A DNA stretch of 64,000 nt from Bacteroidia bacterium. Lineage in GTDB: Bacteria > Bacteroidota > Bacteroidia > SpSt-205. Of the stretch, positions 38,226-47,062 are shown one piece after another. The stretch covers positions 2,202,466 to 2,266,465 of the forward strand of contig BPGV01000001.1 of the NCBI GenBank assembly GCA_026003215.1. Reading direction: 5' to 3'. The notes beneath the pieces are model-generated. The model saw only the letters and a list, made by a program, of their open reading frames with translations, was not told where the DNA came from and made no database searches. The position numbers and the translations under genes are program-made. Position 1 is the stretch's first letter; every line of letters begins with the position of its first letter.

Positions 38226-38867
38226 TTACTGAGTTCCCTCGCCGCGAGCTAACATTTCTTTGGCTTCTTTCATGGTGATGCGTACGCCGTCTTTGAAGGG
38301 CACTATCCACGCATCCCGGATACCCAGGCGCTTGATATCTTTTTGGAAGGCTTCCGCCAGCTCTAAGCTGCGGAATCGGCCTACCGTATAGCGGTTGATA
38401 TCGCCTAAGGCTTCCGCCTCAAAGAAGGGGTTATCCTGCGCGTACTTGCGCATGTCAAAAAGGCGAAAAGCCCCTATCTGCACTTTGAACACCAGCCCGG
38501 GCATCACATCCAAGCGAGCTTGCTTTTTTTCCGCTTCATAGGCGGCTTTGAGCCGTAGCACTTCACTTTGCAATGAGTCAAACGAATACTGCCGAGCCCG
38601 CAGTTGGTCCTCTAACTGGGCCACCTGCTCGGCCAGCTCCCGATTGCGTCGCTGGAGTTCTTCTATTTGCCTGTCTCTATCTTGTACTTGTTTTTGGAAG
38701 CTTTCTTCCCGAGCCTTGAGAGCTAAGGGGTTTTTTACATAACTTTTAGCTTTTTTCTTCCACTCCTTTTTGAGCTGCTTCTGAGGGTCGCCTCCTTTCT
38801 TTTTTTGCTGGGCTGGAAGGAGATTTATCCCCAGAAAAAGGCTTAGGACAAGTAATGGCCAGCGCAT
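38226..38867 (-). CDS. Exported coiled-coil protein with SPOR-like C-terminal domain
   Basis: Signal peptide, KKEWKKKAK coiled coil, FKVQIGAF...YTVGRF...GIRDAWIVPFKDG. Confidence 0.75.
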   Translation of the reverse strand: MRWPLLVLSLFLGINLLPAQQKKKGGDPQKQLKKEWKKKAKSYVKNPLALKAREESFQKQVQDRDRQIEELQRRNRELAEQVAQLEDQLRARQYSFDSLQSEVLRLKAAYEAEKKQARLDVMPGLVFKVQIGAFRLFDMRKYAQDNPFFEAEALGDINRYTVGRFRSLELAEAFQKDIKRLGIRDAWIVPFKDGVRITMKEAKEMLARGEGTQ

Positions 38868-38894
38868 GCTACAAAGTAAGTAGATTTGTCTGGT

Positions 38895-41030
38895 ATGGCT
38901 CGGCTGCTTTTACTGGGATTGGGGATAATCTGGGCACAAGTGGGCTTGCGGCGGATTGCTCCGCCGGTCGTAATGGCCCAGGAAACCCTACTTAATCCTT
39001 GGACAGGCGGGTGGAATGCACCGCAGTTTTCTACTATAGATGGCGATGGGGATGGGATAGCAGAGCTCTTTGTGTTTGACCGAGCCGATAACCGAGCTTT
39101 TCTTTTCCAAGCTACGCCTCAGGGCTGGCGATGGATGCCTCAGGGAGATACCCTTTTCCCCACCGAAAAGCTTTCCGCTTGGGTGCTTCTGCGGGATTAT
39201 GACGGGGATGGAGATAAAGACCTCTTTACAGCGGTAGGGTCAAATATCCGAGTGTTCCAAAATATAGCTTCAGCCGGGGCTCCCCCCCGGTGGCGTCTGG
39301 CTTATGATACCCTTAGCTCGGTGTATTATGGGAGTTCTACTTATCTCTACTGCGGCTCCATAGACATACCCACCCTCACCGACATAGATAACGACGGCGA
39401 TACAGACCTCTTAGTTTATGAGGTACTGGGGAGCCTGATAGAATGGCACCGTAACCAAGCGCAAGAGCTTTTCGGTCGGGCAGATACCCTTATCTTCGTG
39501 CTTCAGTCGGGCTGCTGGGGCCATGTGTTTGAAAACTACGACTACAACACCAATCAGTTTTCGTTTGTTTCGTATACCTGCGGTGCGGGACAAAGAACCT
39601 CAGGCGAGGGCCGTACCTATCATAGTGGAGGCACCATTTTAGCCATAGACCTTAATAAAGATGGTCTAAAAGACCTGATTGTAGGGGATGATGGACCGCC
39701 TTATTTGATTACCGGCTTCAATAGCGGCTCGCTCCAAGTCGCGCATATAGACCCGGCTACGGCTATCTCGCCGTATCCGCCTTTGGCGCCGGCGTATATG
39801 CCGAGTTTTCCTGCCACCTATTATGAAGATGGAACAGGGGATGGTTTGCCCGATCTAATAGTCGCCAATAACAGCCCGTTGGCGGGACGCGACACTTGGA
39901 GCGTGTGGCTGTATCCCAATACGGCGCGAGCTGACTCCCCCCACTGGGCTATGCCCATAGGGGGATGGCTCCACCGCAGCCAGATAGACATCGGTACAGC
40001 GGCTCATCCTACTTTGGCGGACCTCAATCGCGATGGGTATCCCGACCTGCTCCTAAGCTGCGAAGGCTTCTACACCGATACCGGCCAAAAGGCGCGAGCC
40101 TACCTTTTCTGGGGTTCTGCCACAGGCTTTACGCTGGCCGACTCTAACTGGCTGAGCCTGCCTACCTACACCTTGCGCAATCCTGTTTTTACGGTCGGAG
40201 ATATAGACGCGAATGGGCGTACAGACCTTTTGATGGGTACCAGTACGGGGGCTTTATGGCGCTGGGAAGAAAACAGCCCGGGCAGCGCCAGCTTTTCGCT
40301 CCTTACCCAGAACTTCGCTGGGATTAGCGGGCCAGCCTTTGCGGCGCCGCTCCTCTATGACTACGACCAAGACGGCGACCTGGACCTCGTCATAGGCGGA
40401 CGGCCCGGCCGCCTCTCCCTCTATCGGCAAGAAGCCGGCGGCACCTTCACCCACATAACCGACTCCTTGGGCCAAATCTTCATGAATGATACCCTCAGTA
40501 CTTTCTTAGGTTTTACCCGGCCAGCCCTAATAGACCTTAATAAGGACGGCACCTTAGAGCTACTGGTAGGGAACCTGACGGGTTTTTTGTGGGTGTACCT
40601 CCCGGACTGGAATACTCCCACAGCCCCTTGGCCTAAGGTGGCAGAGCTACCTTATGCCGGAGGCAAGCGGGCCAGCCCCACCGTATGGATGACACCTGAC
40701 TCGGTACTCTTACTGGTAGGTACCTTGCGCGGTGGAGTGCAAGCTTTTACCCTTGCGCCAGGAGGGCCGACGGCGAATGTCCTCCCCGCTGCCCAGCCTA
40801 AACCCTATGCCGTGTCTGTGCAGGGGCCAGGGCTGCACTTCGTAGCCAATGCGCCTTTGGAAGTGGAGGTATACACGCTTTTGGGAGAGCGGTTGCAGCG
40901 GTTTAGCGGCGTGGGGGAATTAAAGTGGGCTGTGCCAGGGCCAGGGGTATATGTCCTGCGGGTTTGGAGTGGGGTAGGGTTATGGGTGGAGAAGGTGTGG
41001 GTGGGGGGGGAGGGGGTGCCAGCGCCGTAG
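38895..41030 (+). CDS. FG-GAP/VCBS-repeat secreted protein with degenerate T9SS CTD
   Basis: Repeated DxDGDGxxDL motifs, NPWTGGWNAPQFS, C-terminal VYTLLGE...GVYVLRV. Confidence 0.85.
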   Translation: MARLLLLGLGIIWAQVGLRRIAPPVVMAQETLLNPWTGGWNAPQFSTIDGDGDGIAELFVFDRADNRAFLFQATPQGWRWMPQGDTLFPTEKLSAWVLLRDYDGDGDKDLFTAVGSNIRVFQNIASAGAPPRWRLAYDTLSSVYYGSSTYLYCGSIDIPTLTDIDNDGDTDLLVYEVLGSLIEWHRNQAQELFGRADTLIFVLQSGCWGHVFENYDYNTNQFSFVSYTCGAGQRTSGEGRTYHSGGTILAIDLNKDGLKDLIVGDDGPPYLITGFNSGSLQVAHIDPATAISPYPPLAPAYMPSFPATYYEDGTGDGLPDLIVANNSPLAGRDTWSVWLYPNTARADSPHWAMPIGGWLHRSQIDIGTAAHPTLADLNRDGYPDLLLSCEGFYTDTGQKARAYLFWGSATGFTLADSNWLSLPTYTLRNPVFTVGDIDANGRTDLLMGTSTGALWRWEENSPGSASFSLLTQNFAGISGPAFAAPLLYDYDQDGDLDLVIGGRPGRLSLYRQEAGGTFTHITDSLGQIFMNDTLSTFLGFTRPALIDLNKDGTLELLVGNLTGFLWVYLPDWNTPTAPWPKVAELPYAGGKRASPTVWMTPDSVLLLVGTLRGGVQAFTLAPGGPTANVLPAAQPKPYAVSVQGPGLHFVANAPLEVEVYTLLGERLQRFSGVGELKWAVPGPGVYVLRVWSGVGLWVEKVWVGGEGVPAP

Positions 41031-41114
41031 GCGCTGGCACCCCGTATGGGGCCGGGCGGGCCGCAGGCCCGGCCGGCCCAGCGGCGGCCGCTGCCGCAGG
41101 CAGCGGCCGCCGCT
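41013..41114. repeat. Triple-hairpin repeat, copy 1
   Basis: Stems 41013-41043 (14 bp, loop GTA), 41049-41079 (14 bp, 1 mismatch, loop GCA) and 41080-41114 (16 bp, loop GCA). Confidence 0.9.
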
Positions 41115-41153
41115 CCCTTAGTTCTTTGTAAGAAACTTTTCTTTAACTTCGCT

Positions 41154-41513
41154 ATGATGCGCACTCTACCCTTTCTCTTCGTAGCTTGCTTTGTAAATGT
41201 CGGATGGGCCCAGCAATCGGCCGTTCCCCCGGCCGAGAAACTTGCCCATTATGAAGTCGTAGCTATCTGCCAGGACTGTAAGCCGGGGGCACCCGTAGAG
41301 CCGTACTTTGCGCAGGTACGGCAGCGTATGCTCCAGAAGGTGGGCATTTATGCGGTGCAGCTGGTGCGGGCAGAGGGGGACCAGCTAACCTTCCGCATCA
41401 GCGTAGCGCCAGACTTTCCTCAGGCCGACCTGTACGAAGTGTGCCGTTGGACCGGCTTAGCCGTACGAAGCCTCCTCCCTGCCCCACCCGAAAAACCTAC
41501 TAAAACCGAATAA
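41154..41513 (+). CDS. Small exported hypothetical protein with a CxxC
   Basis: MMRTLPFLFVACFVNVGWAQ signal; ICQDC; TAACTTCG box just upstream. Confidence 0.65.
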   Translation: MMRTLPFLFVACFVNVGWAQQSAVPPAEKLAHYEVVAICQDCKPGAPVEPYFAQVRQRMLQKVGIYAVQLVRAEGDQLTFRISVAPDFPQADLYEVCRWTGLAVRSLLPAPPEKPTKTE

Positions 41514-41516
41514 CCT

Positions 41517-44500
41517 ATGCGTCTCGTAGGCATATATGGGCTTGCTTCGCTTCTATGGGCACAGACTATCTTAGTGAACGGTACAGGTGCGGGTTCCTTT
41601 GAAGGGGGCACGGGTTGTACTGGTAACTCTTATACTGTGGATGGCTGGACCATCGTTAATGGCACGCAGACCAACCGCTGGGCTGTCAATACCGGCGCTG
41701 GGGCCCAGCATGGCAGCCGGGCTATCTATATCACGAATAACTGTGGCGCTACCCCCCCCTCCTAATTCGTATACTATAACTTCTTCCTCCGTTGTACATT
41801 TTTATCGGGATGTGGCGCTGCCAGCAGGAGAGCCTTACATGACTATTTCGTTTTATGTAAAGGTCGAGGGAGAAGGCACTACTACTCAGTATGATTATTT
41901 GGATGTTTTGGTGGCCCCGACGAGTGTAACGCCTGCGGCAGGTACTGAGGTGAGTAGCACCTATCGGCTGGCGCGGTATAACCTACTGGGGAGTAGTTGG
42001 GTGCAGCGGACAGTGCGCTTTTGTGGGACAGGAGGGCAGACCTACCGGGTGATATTTTCTTGGCGGAATGATGCATCGGCGGGCACGCAGCCGCCCGCTG
42101 CCGTAGATCAAGTGCATATCACCAGTTCGGCTACGCCGCCTCCTACGCCCTGGATTGTGAATGTTTCTGCCCTCCCCTACAGCCACGGCGCTGATAATAC
42201 CTGTGGGAAAGGGAATAACCTCACCAGCAGCAATGTGTCTCCTACTTGCGGGAGTACTTCCTATTATGGTGGGGAGGATATGGTATGGGTTTTCACGCCG
42301 AACAGCTCTGGTATGGTTACGATTACGCTGAATGCTTCTACTACCTATACGGGTCTTAAGTTGTATCAGGGGGGGACGCTCAATCCGTGTGGCGGGCTCA
42401 CGGGGGCCACCTGCGTAGGCGAGGCAAACTCGGGGTCGAGCACCGCCAGTAACCTTACCCTCACTGCCTGTGTTCAGCCCGGGCAGACCTACTACCTGCA
42501 AGTAGATTATTGGCCTTCTCCTACGTGCGGTGCGATTACGAATCTCACTATTTCGGCGCCAACGCCCCTGGAGCCTGTACAGGCTTGGGTACGGGCGTGA
42601 CGACCGTCACCGCGCTTCCCTACAATAGCGGAGCCGGCACTACGTGTGGCGCTGTGGATGACATCACCTCCAGTAACGCGTGGAGCTGTGGGAGTAGCAG
42701 CTACTTTACCGGGGAGGATAGGGTATGGGTCTTCACGCCTACCACCTCGGGCGCCGTAACGATTACCCTGACCCACAGTAATGCCAGCTCGCCCTGGTTT
42801 GGTCTGAAGGTGTATGAGGGCTGCCCGCGTACTTCCAGTTGCGGGGTATGTGTAGGCTCTTGTGAAAGTAGTAGTGGGCCTTATTCCTTTAATGTAAATG
42901 TCACAGCGGGGAAGACCTATTATGTGGTATTGGATCATTATGCCTCGCCTGCTTGCGCTTCGTATGACAATCTGTCCATCTCTGCCCCAGTGAGTGGGGG
43001 AGGCGGAGCCTGTGGGTCGCCGGTCCTCTCCAGCTTTCCGGTGATTACGACGGGCACGACTGCTGGGGCGCCGCCGTTGGGGGTCTCGCCGAGTTGTGCC
43101 GTAGGGGGTAGCTGTGGAGGGGGTGGCGCTGTCGGACGGTGGTATCAGTTTATCCCTACGGCTTCCAATATGACTATTCATGTAGCGCCGGGCACCCTTA
43201 CCGACCCCGCCGTGGTTGTATTCAGCGCGCCTTCGTGTGGTGGGCCTTTCACAGAGATAGCCTGTCAGCAGGATGGTAGCAACACGGGGAATGACTGTGA
43301 GAGTTTTCCCTACTATGCCCATTTAGACCTTACCGGGCTTACCGTGGGGCAGACCTACTACATAGCAGTTTTTGGGGCGTCAGGCAGTGGGGATTATACC
43401 TTGGCGATATGGGAGACGGCCGCGCAGCCTCCTTCGCAGTTTGGGCAGGACTGTAACGCGATATCGGGCAACCCCGCCACCGGTCCGCTCCCCGTATGTA
43501 GTTCTACCTTTTCGGTGGGTGCACCGGGTTTTTTGGGGTCTGGTTTTACCTGTGACCTGCCGTATCCTGCCTCAGGTTGTCCAGGAAGTTGCCTGACCAG
43601 TGGAGAACGGAATATTGTTTGGCTCCGCCTCCCGATTGCCAGTAGTGGTAACCTCTCCTTTGCCATCACCCCCGCTCAAAATGTAGACTACGACTGGACC
43701 TTGTACCGTATAGATAATGTGTCTAACCCCTGCCAAGCTATACGTAATGGCACATTGCAGCCTGTAAGGTGTAGTTATGATGCGCCTACCTCGTGCGATG
43801 GCACCTATGGTACAGGGGTAGCGTGTGGTACGCCGGGGTGTGCTTCCGGCACCTGTGAAGGATCAAGCGGGCAAGGGTGGCTGCAGTGCCTACCCGTAAA
43901 TGCCGGCGAGGTGTATCTTTTAGGGATTTCTAACTTTAGCACGAGTACCTTTCCCGGGTTTAGTGTAGATTTTGGGACATCGCCGATTGATTATGGAGCG
44001 GCGAGTGCAGGACCGGCGGTGTGGACGGGCGGCGGCGGCACCACCGCCTGGAATAACAACGCCAACTGGGGTGGGTGCGCCTTTCCAGATAACTGTGCCA
44101 AGGATGTGGTAATCTACGGCGGCGCCGCTAACCAGCCGGTGATTGCTGCTGCAGAGACCTGGACGGTACAAAATATCACCATTCCTGCTGGGGCTAAGCT
44201 CACCGTCAATGGCACCCTCAACGTCTGCGGTCACCTCACCGTAAATGGGGAGCTGGACGGCACCGGCTGGATTGTGTTTGTTGGGGGGGCTGCTTACCCG
44301 GTGCAGGAGATACGCGGCGTGCTCACAGGGCCTACCCAATACATCCCCAACCTGCGCATAAACCGTGCTGCCGCCGGGACGGTGCGCCTCATGACCAACG
44401 TCCAAGTGCGTGGCCATGTGCAAATAGACAATAGCGCCAATAACACCCTGAACCTCAACAGCTATACCTTATTCGTAGGGGGGAACTTCGTAAATGTGGG

Positions 44501-45782
44501 GGCAGCTGGGACCTTTACCCATGGCAATGGTAGGGTTGTCTTCAACGGCACTGGCCCACAGACCTATACCGACCCCGGCATAGACCCCTTCTATACCGTA
44601 GAGATGAACCAAAATCCCCCCTCCACCCTCACACTCAATAATCGCATGGACATCACGAATCAGCTTACGCTCACTTCGGGGGTGATTGTTACGGGCACAA
44701 ATGAGGTTCGGGTAACCAATACCGCCACTACGGCTGTGACCCCCGGCAACACCAATAGCTATGTGCGAGGATACCTTCGGCGGTATATTGGAGGTATGGG
44801 CGGGTATGACTTTCCGGTGGGTACTGCCTCGTACCAGCGGGCAAATGTGAACTTCACTGCGGCACCGGGGGTACATAACCTCTTAGCGTGGTTCAACGAT
44901 TGGGCTCCTTCTCCGCCGACCCCGCCTAATCCCACTGCGGAGTGCGGCGCTCAATACCACGCTTGTCCCATGCTGAATAACGGCTACTGGACTATCAATG
45001 CCTATAATAGCAGCTTTGCGCAGGTGACTTCCAGTGGTACTTACACGATGACGCTCTACAATACGGCCTATACGGCGTGTGCGGGAGCTGTACAATTCGG
45101 GGTATTGAAGAATACGGGCGCTGGGTGGTTCATTCAAAACCCGGGCTGTTATGCCAATGCCAGTGCAGCGACGGTTCAGCGGCCGGGCATGAGCGGCTTC
45201 TCTAACTTTGGTACGGGACAAAGCCTCACCCCTCTGCCGGTGTATCTCACCCGCTGGGAAGGGGAGGTTCGGCCGGATGAGTCGCACCTGCTGCGGTGGG
45301 ATGTGGTGGCGGAGGAGACGCGGGTTTCTCGCTTTGTGGTAGAGACAGGCGCTGCGCCGGAGGCACTCTCTCCATGGCGTACCTTCGGCCCCGAAGTACG
45401 GCAAGCTGTGCGGGAAAATCCGCCGTTTGGCAGCTCCTTCTATCGGCTGCGTATTTACACGGTGGAAGGGGCCGAGTTTGCGAGTTCGGTGATAGAGCTG
45501 CAGCGGGGAGTGGGGAGTATCAATCCCTTGCAAAGTCTGGAAGCCTTCCCGAATCCTACGACGGGAGAACTTACGGTGCGCTTTATGGTAGGTGAGCTGA
45601 CTCCGGTGCATTTGTCGCTGGTGAATGCGCTGGGGCAGCGCGTATGGGAAAAGGTAGTGGAGCCTGCGGCTAAGGGATGGGTGGAGGTGCCGGTGGATAT
45701 GCGGGCTTTGCCGGTGGGGCCGTATCTATTGCGGGTAGAGGGCGAAGGGGTAGTGCGGACGCGGGTGGTAGTGCGTGAGTGA
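41517..45782 (+). CDS. Large Cys-rich T9SS type-A CTD protein (~1420 aa) split by two single-base frameshifts
   Basis: Signal peptide in ORF 41517; continues in the ORF 41587 frame after C8 (41752-41759, one extra C) and in the ORF 42510 frame after C4 (42565-42568, one missing C); CTD FPNPTTG...GPYLLRV. Confidence 0.8.
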
Positions 45783-45785
45783 GTA

Positions 45786-45886
45786 GGGGCGCCAGCGCCT
45801 GCGGCGCTGGCGCCCCGTATGGGGCCGGGCGGGCCTGCGGCCCGCCCGGCCCCGCGGCGGCCGCTGCCACAGGCAGCGGCCGCCGC
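45786..45886. repeat. Triple-hairpin repeat, copy 2
   Basis: Preceded by GTAG; stems 45786-45816 (14 bp, loop TGC), 45821-45853 (15 bp, loop TGC) and 45854-45886 (15 bp, loop ACA). Confidence 0.9.
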
Positions 45887-45891
45887 CCCCT

Positions 45892-46248
45892 TTATAACTG
45901 CACTTGCCCCGTGTAGTCTATCCCCTTATACGTTATCCGATACCGATAGCTGCCCGCTAACCCCTTTGCCCCAGGCAAACGCCGCTCCCGCTTCCCATTC
46001 AGACTGGGCCACTGGAAAAAATACACCACTGAATCCCCTTTCCCCAAAAGCCGCAGTTCTACCATCCCGTCAAAGGGGATTTCATAGCGTATGCTCAGCG
46101 CATCTTCACCTTCTTTTGTCAAAGCTTCCAGTTTGAAGGTGTTTTGTTTTTTGAGCGGCTGGGGGGGTTGGGCGTAGGTTATCCCGCCCCACACGCACAG
46201 AGCTATTATTTGAGCTTGGATAAAAGCAGGTAATCGCAATCGGTCCAT
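45892..46248 (-). CDS. Small exported beta-sandwich hypothetical protein
   Basis: IIALCVWGGITYAQ signal-like segment, IRYEIPFDGMVELRL, GSYRYRITY; start uncertain. Confidence 0.55.
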   Translation of the reverse strand: MDRLRLPAFIQAQIIALCVWGGITYAQPPQPLKKQNTFKLEALTKEGEDALSIRYEIPFDGMVELRLLGKGDSVVYFFQWPSLNGKRERRLPGAKGLAGSYRYRITYKGIDYTGQVQL

Positions 46249-46772
46249 ATTTGGCTGATTTTTTGAGTCAAGGCGACCATGCGGTCTAAGTAGCTTCGGT
46301 ATGCGGCCAACGTCTCCCGCACCGAAGGGGTGAGCTTATGTACGACTTTCAGCTCGCCAAAGCGGGTGTAGACGGCCATAAGCGCGTATTGGTGCGGAAG
46401 CCATTCATAATGCAGGTCTTTGAGCTGCTGGAGGGTGGCTTCGCTGCCGGCTCGGATGCGACCTGTGACCACCCGAAAAGAATCCACATAAAAAGGCAGC
46501 CGCTTCGGATACCGCGCTATCTCCATCATCTGGTTGAGGGTGTCACGGTAGGCTGTGAGGAGAGCTTCTATGGTATCCAGCGTCGGACGGTGGTACGCTA
46601 TTAGCCGGAGGATGGTGTGTTGATGGCTTTCAAAGGGGGTTATGGCGCTGTCTATCGGGGGTAAAGAGTCTTGGGGGGGAGAAGCGGCTGGGCCGGCCTT
46701 TTTGGGGGGAGACTGGCCCCACAGGCTAAGCCAAGCCAGGGCCCCCCAAAGATACAGGCGGAAGCCAATCAT
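46206..46772 (-). CDS. Exported hypothetical protein
   Basis: Signal peptide ending LWGQ; helical; operonic with its neighbours. Confidence 0.65.
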   Translation of the reverse strand: MIGFRLYLWGALAWLSLWGQSPPKKAGPAASPPQDSLPPIDSAITPFESHQHTILRLIAYHRPTLDTIEALLTAYRDTLNQMMEIARYPKRLPFYVDSFRVVTGRIRAGSEATLQQLKDLHYEWLPHQYALMAVYTRFGELKVVHKLTPSVRETLAAYRSYLDRMVALTQKISQIWTDCDYLLLSKLK

Positions 46773-47040
46773 CTTGGGCCGAGATTTCCCCGAAACGGCT
46801 CTCGTACTTGGCTAAGTTGTCCTGCATGGCCAGCAAAAGCCGCTTGTAGTGGTACGGAGAGAGGATGATGCGGGAACGCACCTTAGCCTTGGGCAGACCC
46901 GGCAAAACTTGGAGAAAGTCAATCACAAACTCCGCGGGCGTATGCGAAATTATCGCTAAGTTTGAGTAGGTGCCGCTGGCTACATCATCGGTGAGTTCCA
47001 CATTTAGGACGTTGCCTTCTTGGGGCGCTTCAGAATTCAT
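46726..47040 (-). CDS. DUF3467 family protein
   Basis: LNVEL..DVASGTYSNLAIISHTPAEFVIDF..LPGLPKAKVRSRIILSP; start revised to 47040. Confidence 0.85.
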   Translation of the reverse strand: MNSEAPQEGNVLNVELTDDVASGTYSNLAIISHTPAEFVIDFLQVLPGLPKAKVRSRIILSPYHYKRLLLAMQDNLAKYESRFGEISAQDDWLPPVSLGGPGLA

Positions 47041-47062
47041 ACCTCCACAAAGGTAGGTTTTT

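Noticed and set aside
41046-41153. N-terminal extension MGPGGPQARPAQRR on ORF 41046 and the similar ORF 45819-46136
   Set aside because: These are translations of the triple-hairpin repeat from the ATG at its spacer; the real gene starts at 41154/41157 with a signal peptide
41013-45886. Triple hairpins as a CRISPR array or tRNA/ncRNA genes
   Set aside because: No identical repeats with unique spacers, no cas genes, and no cloverleaf closing stem, T-loop or CCA
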